Assembly: GCA_965198005.1 (NCBI GenBank)
Contig: CBDAOI010000003.1
Span: 384,001 to 448,000, forward strand
Direction: 5' to 3'
Length of the DNA stretch: 64,000 bases
From: Spirochaetia bacterium
GTDB lineage: Bacteria > Spirochaetota > Spirochaetia > SZUA-6 > Bin103
Part shown: positions 58,804-64,000 of the stretch, one piece after another
Layout: each line of letters opens with the position of its first letter
Numbering within the stretch: position 1 is the stretch's first letter
Translations under genes and position numbers: made by a program
Notes under the pieces: generated by a model
What the model was told of the DNA's origin: nothing
Seen by the model: the letters and a program-made list of their open reading frames with translations, nothing else
Database searches by the model: none

Positions 58804-59857
58804 CGTTCGGGGCTGGCGCCGCTTCCTGCGCCGGCGCGCGGCGTCCCGCCGGCGGGGTCCGGGCCGGTGCGGGCCGGCGCTCGCCGCGGCGCTCGCCGTG
58901 GCCGGGGTGCTGCCGGGCTTGACCGGGTGCGGCGTGCGCGCCCACCAGCACCAGTTCACCGCGATGTCCACCGTCGTCCGCGTCACCGTCTACCACCGGC
59001 GCGCTCCCGACTGGGCGGCGCTGGAGCAGACGGTCCACGACTGGGCCGCGCGCTACGACCACCGCCTGGCCGCGAGTCCGGTGGCGCAGCTCAACCGCAC
59101 CGGCCAGGCGCAGCTCGACCCCGCGCTGGCGGCGACCCTGGCCGCGGCCGTGCGGCTGGCGCAGCTCAGCGGCGGCGCGTTCGATCCCACCGTCCTGCCG
59201 CTCACCCGGCTGTGGGACTTCGATCACGGCGGCACGCTGCCGCCGGCGGAGGCGCGGGCGCGGGCGCGGGCGCGGGTCGACTACCGCCGGCTGCGGGTCG
59301 TGGCCGACCGGGCAACGGTGGACGACGCGGAGCTCGATCTGGGCGCGATCGCCAAGGGGGCGGTGCTGGATCACCTGGGCGACTGGCTGGAGGCGGGCGG
59401 CCACGACCGGTTCCTGCTGGAGGCGGGCGGCGACGTGCTGGTGGCGGGGCTCAAGCCCGACGCCGTGCCCTGGCGGATCTGGATCCGCCATCCCCGGCAG
59501 ACCGATCTGCCGCTGGCCATCGCCACCATCGGCGTGGCGGACGGCCGGGTGGCGCTGGCAACCTCCGGCGACTACGAGCGGTTCTTTGAGCAGGACGGCG
59601 TGCGCTACCATCACATCCTCAACCCGGCCACGGGACTGCCCGACAGCGACGCGGTGGCGGTGACGGTGATCGCCGGCAGCGCACTTGAAGCAGACGCGCT
59701 CGCGACCGCGTTGTTCGTATTGGGCAGCGCGGGCGCGGAGCTGTTCACGACCGTGCCGGGGCTGGAGGGCGTGATCGTGTACCGGTCCGGCGCCGGCCTG
59801 GCGGCGGCGGTGAGCGACGGCTTTCCGGCGCTGCACGGCCAGCTCAACGTCGAATGA
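58739..59857 (+). CDS. apbE: FAD:protein FMN transferase ApbE (lipoprotein; start uncertain)
   Basis: LTGC lipobox, GAFDPTV.PL..LW, DLGAIAKG, GGDV, ATSGDYER, YHHILNPATG, ADALAT. Confidence 0.92.
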   Translation: MPRSVTACTSSSTASPSSPPPDVRGWRRFLRRRAASRRRGPGRCGPALAAALAVAGVLPGLTGCGVRAHQHQFTAMSTVVRVTVYHRRAPDWAALEQTVHDWAARYDHRLAASPVAQLNRTGQAQLDPALAATLAAAVRLAQLSGGAFDPTVLPLTRLWDFDHGGTLPPAEARARARARVDYRRLRVVADRATVDDAELDLGAIAKGAVLDHLGDWLEAGGHDRFLLEAGGDVLVAGLKPDAVPWRIWIRHPRQTDLPLAIATIGVADGRVALATSGDYERFFEQDGVRYHHILNPATGLPDSDAVAVTVIAGSALEADALATALFVLGSAGAELFTTVPGLEGVIVYRSGAGLAAAVSDGFPALHGQLNVE

Positions 59858-59993
59858 ATCGGCCGCCGGCGGCCGCGATCGGCTGTCGTCGGCTGCCCCG
59901 CGCAATTGGCGGAGCGGTACGCGGTGAGTATATTCCGGCCCGAAGGCGCGCGGTGCCCACCGGCGCGGCGCAGCCGCACAATCTGGAGGCAAG

Positions 59994-60626
59994 GTGCGAC
60001 CACACTGGGACGCGGACGAGCAAGAGGAAGCTGAGGAGGAACAGGAGGAACAGGAGGAACGGGAGGAGCAGGAGGAGCCGGCGGGCGATCCGGCCATGCT
60101 GCGCCAGTTCCTCAAGACCCGCACGGTGCTCCTGACCGGCGAGATCAACAAGACTCTGGCGGAGCGCGTGGTGCGCCAGGTGTTGCTGCTGGAGCAGGGT
60201 GGCGACGAGCCGATCAAGGTGTTCATCGACAGCCCCGGCGGCGACGCCGACGCCGGGTTCGCGATTCTCGACATGATGCGGTTCGTGCGCCCGCAGATAA
60301 AGATGATCGGGATGGGGCTGGTGGCGAGCGCGGGGGCGATCGTGCTGCTGGCGGCGCCCCGCGAGCAGCGCTTTGCGTTGCCCAACTCCCGCTACCTGAT
60401 CCACCAGCCGATGGCCGGCTTTCGCGGGGTCGGCACCGAAATCGAGATCCACGCCAAGGAGATCGACCTCATGCGGCGCAAGATGAACGAGCTGATCTCC
60501 CAGGAGACCGACAAGCCGGTATCCGAGGTGGAGCAGGACACCGACCGCGACTACTGGATGGGAGCCGAGGAAGCCCTGACCTACGGTCTGGTGGGCAAGA
60601 TCATCCGCACCCAGGACGAACTCTGA
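59994..60626 (+). CDS. clpP: ATP-dependent Clp protease proteolytic subunit
   Basis: IDSPGG, ASAG, IHQP, DTDRDYWM..EA..YGLV. Acidic N-terminus. Confidence 0.93.
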   Translation: MRPHWDADEQEEAEEEQEEQEEREEQEEPAGDPAMLRQFLKTRTVLLTGEINKTLAERVVRQVLLLEQGGDEPIKVFIDSPGGDADAGFAILDMMRFVRPQIKMIGMGLVASAGAIVLLAAPREQRFALPNSRYLIHQPMAGFRGVGTEIEIHAKEIDLMRRKMNELISQETDKPVSEVEQDTDRDYWMGAEEALTYGLVGKIIRTQDEL

Positions 60627-60631
60627 CCAGT

Positions 60632-60686
60632 GGCACGGGCACTCCGTGACCCGCAAGACAATGAAATCCGATGCACGGGCATCGCC
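60632..60686 (+). repeat. Dispersed 5'-end repeat, copy 3
   Basis: GGCACGGGCACTCCGTGACCCGCAAGACAATGAAATCCGATGCACGGGCATCGCC. Confidence 0.85.
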
Positions 60687-61659
60687 GAAGCACCATGCCA
60701 CGGCGCGGCGGACGCCCGCCCCCGCGGTGTTCGAACGCCTCGACCGGGAACATCTGCGGCGGCTCGCCGGCACCCGGCCGCGGGTCCACTCCGGCAAGGT
60801 GCGCGACCGCATCGACCTCGGCGACCGCATCCTGATCGTAACCACCGATCGGGTGTCCGCCTTCGACCGCGTCCTGACCACGATTCCGTACAAGGGCCAG
60901 GTGCTGAACCAGCTCTCGGTGTTCTGGTTCAAGCTGACCTGCGACCTGATCTCCAACCACCTGATCCGGGAGGTGACGCCGCGCAGCGCCCTGGTTCGGC
61001 GCTGTACGGTGGTCCCGGTCGAGGTGGTGGTGCGCGGCTACCTGACCGGCTCCGCCTGGCGCGCCTACGAGCGTGACGGCGCCCTGGCCGGCATCCCGCT
61101 GGCGCTCGGCCTGCGGCGCGATCAGCAGTTCGAGCGGCCCCTGCTCACGCCCACCACCAAGGCGGCGCCGGGCGAGCACGACCGGCCGCTGTCCCGCGCC
61201 GAGGTGCTGGCGTCCGGCGCCGTGCCGCCGGCGCTGTGGGAGCGGATCGAGCGCGTGGCGTTGCGGCTCTACCGGCGCGGGGTCGAGCACGCCGCCCGCC
61301 GCGGGCTGATCCTGGTGGACACCAAGTACGAGTTCGGCACCATCGACGGCGAGCTGGTGCTGGCGGACGAGGTGCACACGCCCGACAGCAGCCGCTACTG
61401 GTACCGCGACACCTATGCCGAGCGGTTCGCGCGCGGGCTGGAGCAGCGCCTGCTCGACAAGGAGTTCCTGCGCGGCTGGCTGCTGGAGCGCGGCTTCCAG
61501 GGCGACGGCGCGCCCCCGCCGATCCCGGAGACGGTGCGCGCCGAGCTGGCGCAGCGCTACCGGGAGGTGTATCGGATCCTGACCGGCGCCGAGCTGGCCG
61601 GCGCGCCGCTCAGCGTCGAGGAGGAGCTCGCGCGGTACGCGGAGGTGGTGCGCGGATGA
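60661..61659 (+). CDS. purC: SAICAR synthase
   Basis: GKVRD, TDRVSAFD, KGQVLN, EVVVRGYLTGS, TPTTK, DTKYEFG, DEVHTPDSSRYW. Confidence 0.95.
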   Translation: MKSDARASPKHHATARRTPAPAVFERLDREHLRRLAGTRPRVHSGKVRDRIDLGDRILIVTTDRVSAFDRVLTTIPYKGQVLNQLSVFWFKLTCDLISNHLIREVTPRSALVRRCTVVPVEVVVRGYLTGSAWRAYERDGALAGIPLALGLRRDQQFERPLLTPTTKAAPGEHDRPLSRAEVLASGAVPPALWERIERVALRLYRRGVEHAARRGLILVDTKYEFGTIDGELVLADEVHTPDSSRYWYRDTYAERFARGLEQRLLDKEFLRGWLLERGFQGDGAPPPIPETVRAELAQRYREVYRILTGAELAGAPLSVEEELARYAEVVRG

Positions 61660-62774
61660 GCGGCGGCCGGCGGCGCGGCGGGTGGCTGGCCGCCCTGGCG
61701 CTGGGCGCGCTCCTGCCACTGCTGGCCTCCTGCGGGCCGGGGCAGGCCGGCACCATCACCGTGGTCAGCTACAACGTCCAGAACCTGTTCGACGCCACCG
61801 AAGACGGCGGCGAGTACCGCGATTACACCGCCGGCGGCGGCTGGACGCCGGGCCTGTACACCGCCAAGCTGCGGGCAATCGCCACCGCGCTACGGGCCGC
61901 GGCGCCGCGCGGGGCCGACCTGGTGGCGCTGCAGGAGGTGGAGCACGCCGGCCCCGCGCGCCGGCTGGTGGAGCTGGAGCTGGCGCGCGCGGGGTACCGC
62001 CACGTGGTGTGGCTGCCCGACCCGCTCAACGCCACCGGACCGGTGGTGCTGTCCAAGCTGCCGGTGCGCCGGGTCGGCGCGCTGTGGGTGGACCACCCGC
62101 ACGAGCAGCCGCTACGCCCGATTCTCGAGGTGGAGGTGGCCCTGGGCACCACCCCGGACGCGCCCTCGCTGTTCCTGTTCAACAACCATTGGAAGTCGAA
62201 ACGGGGCGGTGCGGCCGAGACCGAGCAGCACCGGCGCCGCGCCGCCGCCGTGCTGGCCGCCCGCCTGCGCCAGATCCACGCCGCCGACCCCGCCGCCGAC
62301 GTGATCGTGGTGGGCGACCTGAACGAATCGATCGACGAGTATGAGCGCCAGGACCGGCGCTATCCCACCGCGCTGATGCCCGCGGCAGCCGCGCCGCCGG
62401 GTGGCGGTGGCGCACCCGCCGCCCCGGCCCCGCTGTACGTCACCGCAGCGGCCGCGTCCGCCGCCCGGCCCGCGGCCGGCGCCCCAGTGGTGCTGTTCAG
62501 CCCCTGGCTGGCCGCCCCCGACGCCGTCGCGCCGCCCGGCAGCTACCACTACCAGGAGCAGTGGGAAACCATCGACCACGTCCTGCTCGGCCCCGGCCTG
62601 TTCGACACGGCCGGCGTCAGCTACCCGGACGCGGACGGCTTCGCGGTCATCAGCGACGGCCTGCTGGACGGTAGCGGCGCCCCGTTCCGGTTCCTGCGCG
62701 GCCCCCCGCCGGCCGGCTACTCCGACCACCTCCCCCTGCGCCTGACCCTGATCCTGCACCACGCCCCCCGCTGA
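61656..62774 (+). CDS. Endonuclease/exonuclease/phosphatase family lipoprotein
   Basis: LASC lipobox, SYNVQNLFD, LQEVE, NHWKSK, GDLN, IDH, YSDHLP. Confidence 0.9.
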   Translation: MSGGRRRGGWLAALALGALLPLLASCGPGQAGTITVVSYNVQNLFDATEDGGEYRDYTAGGGWTPGLYTAKLRAIATALRAAAPRGADLVALQEVEHAGPARRLVELELARAGYRHVVWLPDPLNATGPVVLSKLPVRRVGALWVDHPHEQPLRPILEVEVALGTTPDAPSLFLFNNHWKSKRGGAAETEQHRRRAAAVLAARLRQIHAADPAADVIVVGDLNESIDEYERQDRRYPTALMPAAAAPPGGGGAPAAPAPLYVTAAAASAARPAAGAPVVLFSPWLAAPDAVAPPGSYHYQEQWETIDHVLLGPGLFDTAGVSYPDADGFAVISDGLLDGSGAPFRFLRGPPPAGYSDHLPLRLTLILHHAPR

Positions 62775-63099
62775 CGGGCCAACTCATCCGTCAGGGCAGT
62801 CATGAAGTCGGGGATCGTCCTATTCTCCGATTTCCGGAACCGTGCGCCCTATGTCGTCGGCAAATGCTCCCACGGCGGCCTTCGCTCGATCGCGTTGCTG
62901 GTTAGGGAATGAAGCGTATCGCGGTGGCTTGGAGTGGCGGCTGTACTCGACATCCCGTTTCTTGGGGGCCTCTGACGGTGCAATTCAGAGCGTCATTCCG
63001 GGCGGTGTGCCTGAAGATGGAACGAAGATCGGCGTTGAGATACTCTCCGATTCGCTGGCGGACCACTGGAGGTCGATGGGCCAGCGCCGCTCACCGTAG

Positions 63100-63257
63100 T
63101 TCTGCCGCGGGTTGGTCTCCTGCATGCGGCGGTCGGCGGCCCGCGCCTGCCGCTCGAGCAGTTGATCGGTCTCCTGCTGCGCTGCGGAGACCTTGCGGAG
63201 AATCTCCCAGATCTCCTGCGGGGTCGCGGGTTCGTGCTGTCCGTTGACTTCGGCCAT
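63100..63257 (-). pseudogene. N-terminal coiled-coil fragment (DUF3782-like)
   Basis: ATPQEIWEILRKVSAAQQETD...DRRMQET, then diverges. Confidence 0.5.
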
Positions 63258-63310
63258 GGGTACGCTCGCTGATCCGATGGTAGCGAACTTCGCGCGTTCC
63301 GGCAAAGCAC

Positions 63311-63901
63311 ATGATCTCGTATCGCGTAACAAGAATCGCCACGACGAGGACGAACTGGAAGGGACAAGAGTACGCCATCGTGAATCGGTGTGGTGATGCA
63401 ATTTGCAGCAGGGTGGACGTTGGCGGATACTTTCGGGACCCGGACCACGACCGACTGACGTATGCGGCGGTATCCAGCCGCACGGATACCGTGGTGGCGA
63501 GCGCGACGGGCAGCACGGTGAGCCTGACGCCGGTGTCGGCTGGGACTGCGACGGTCACCGTCAGCGCCAGCGACGGCAGCCTGACCGCCACACAGACCAT
63601 CGCCGTAACGGTGCGAGAGCCCGATCTGCCGCTGACAGGCGTGAGTGTCGAGTTGTATGGCTCGCTGGCTCGGAAGACGAGCGTACTCATTTCACCGGTA
63701 CCGGCGGGCGCCCAGTTCCAGCAAGTAGGGATCAGCCACGTCCCGATGGATGCGGGAAGAGCGTGCTGCGGTTTTCTCGGGGCGTCGGCCCACTTCGAGT
63801 TCGTGTGCGCCGAAAGCTACGTCGGCGACGTCACGCTCACGGCCATTGTCGACGGGAGCAATCGCACCTTCGAAGCGTCTGTAATCTCCACGTGTCAGTG
63901 A
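63311..63901 (+). CDS. Ig/cadherin-like domain protein, probably the 3' part of a larger gene
   Basis: VDV..YFRDPD.D.LTY.A.SS...GSTV.LT.V..GTATVTV.ASDG.L.A.QT..VTV. Confidence 0.6.
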   Translation: MISYRVTRIATTRTNWKGQEYAIVNRCGDAICSRVDVGGYFRDPDHDRLTYAAVSSRTDTVVASATGSTVSLTPVSAGTATVTVSASDGSLTATQTIAVTVREPDLPLTGVSVELYGSLARKTSVLISPVPAGAQFQQVGISHVPMDAGRACCGFLGASAHFEFVCAESYVGDVTLTAIVDGSNRTFEASVISTCQ

Positions 63902-64000
63902 CCCCGGCCGTGCTGCGCTCGAAGCGCAACTCCAACGCTTCCCGGATACTGTCCAGGAGCCCGCGCTGCCTTCCTGACCGTGCCGACTCGTCGCGTAGAG

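Overview
High-GC bacterial window, probably from a spirochaete. This is inferred from the TatT/TPAT transporter, the 'LWAAGAEE'-type solute-binding protein N-terminus and the acidic-tailed ClpP; Ig-like and autotransporter-type debris suggests a host-associated or MAG genome. Intact housekeeping blocks include recD2, a TPAT-type TRAP transporter, tatD, radC-bcp-mnmA, a Rrf2-cysH-cysD-cysN-cobA/hemD sulfate operon, era, apbE-clpP-purC and a peptide ABC transporter. They alternate with accessory stretches of pseudogenes and short gene fragments from toxin-antitoxin, restriction and transporter genes. The highlights are: (1) a cysteate synthase plus cysteate-C-fatty-acyltransferase-like pair (capA-capB, capnine/sulfonolipid synthesis as known from Bacteroidota); (2) an intact PLD-SNF2 helicase plus type ISP-like N6-methyltransferase/TRD locus with a C-terminal LexA-like S24 autopeptidase; (3) a ~55-bp dispersed repeat at the 5' end of three unrelated genes; (4) a Nudix-PLP enzyme fusion; and (5) pervasive short deletions and ~45-330 bp orphan fragments, which may be biological decay or assembly artefact. 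No rRNA, tRNA or CRISPR array was recognised. All calls come from motif recognition by eye, with no database searches.
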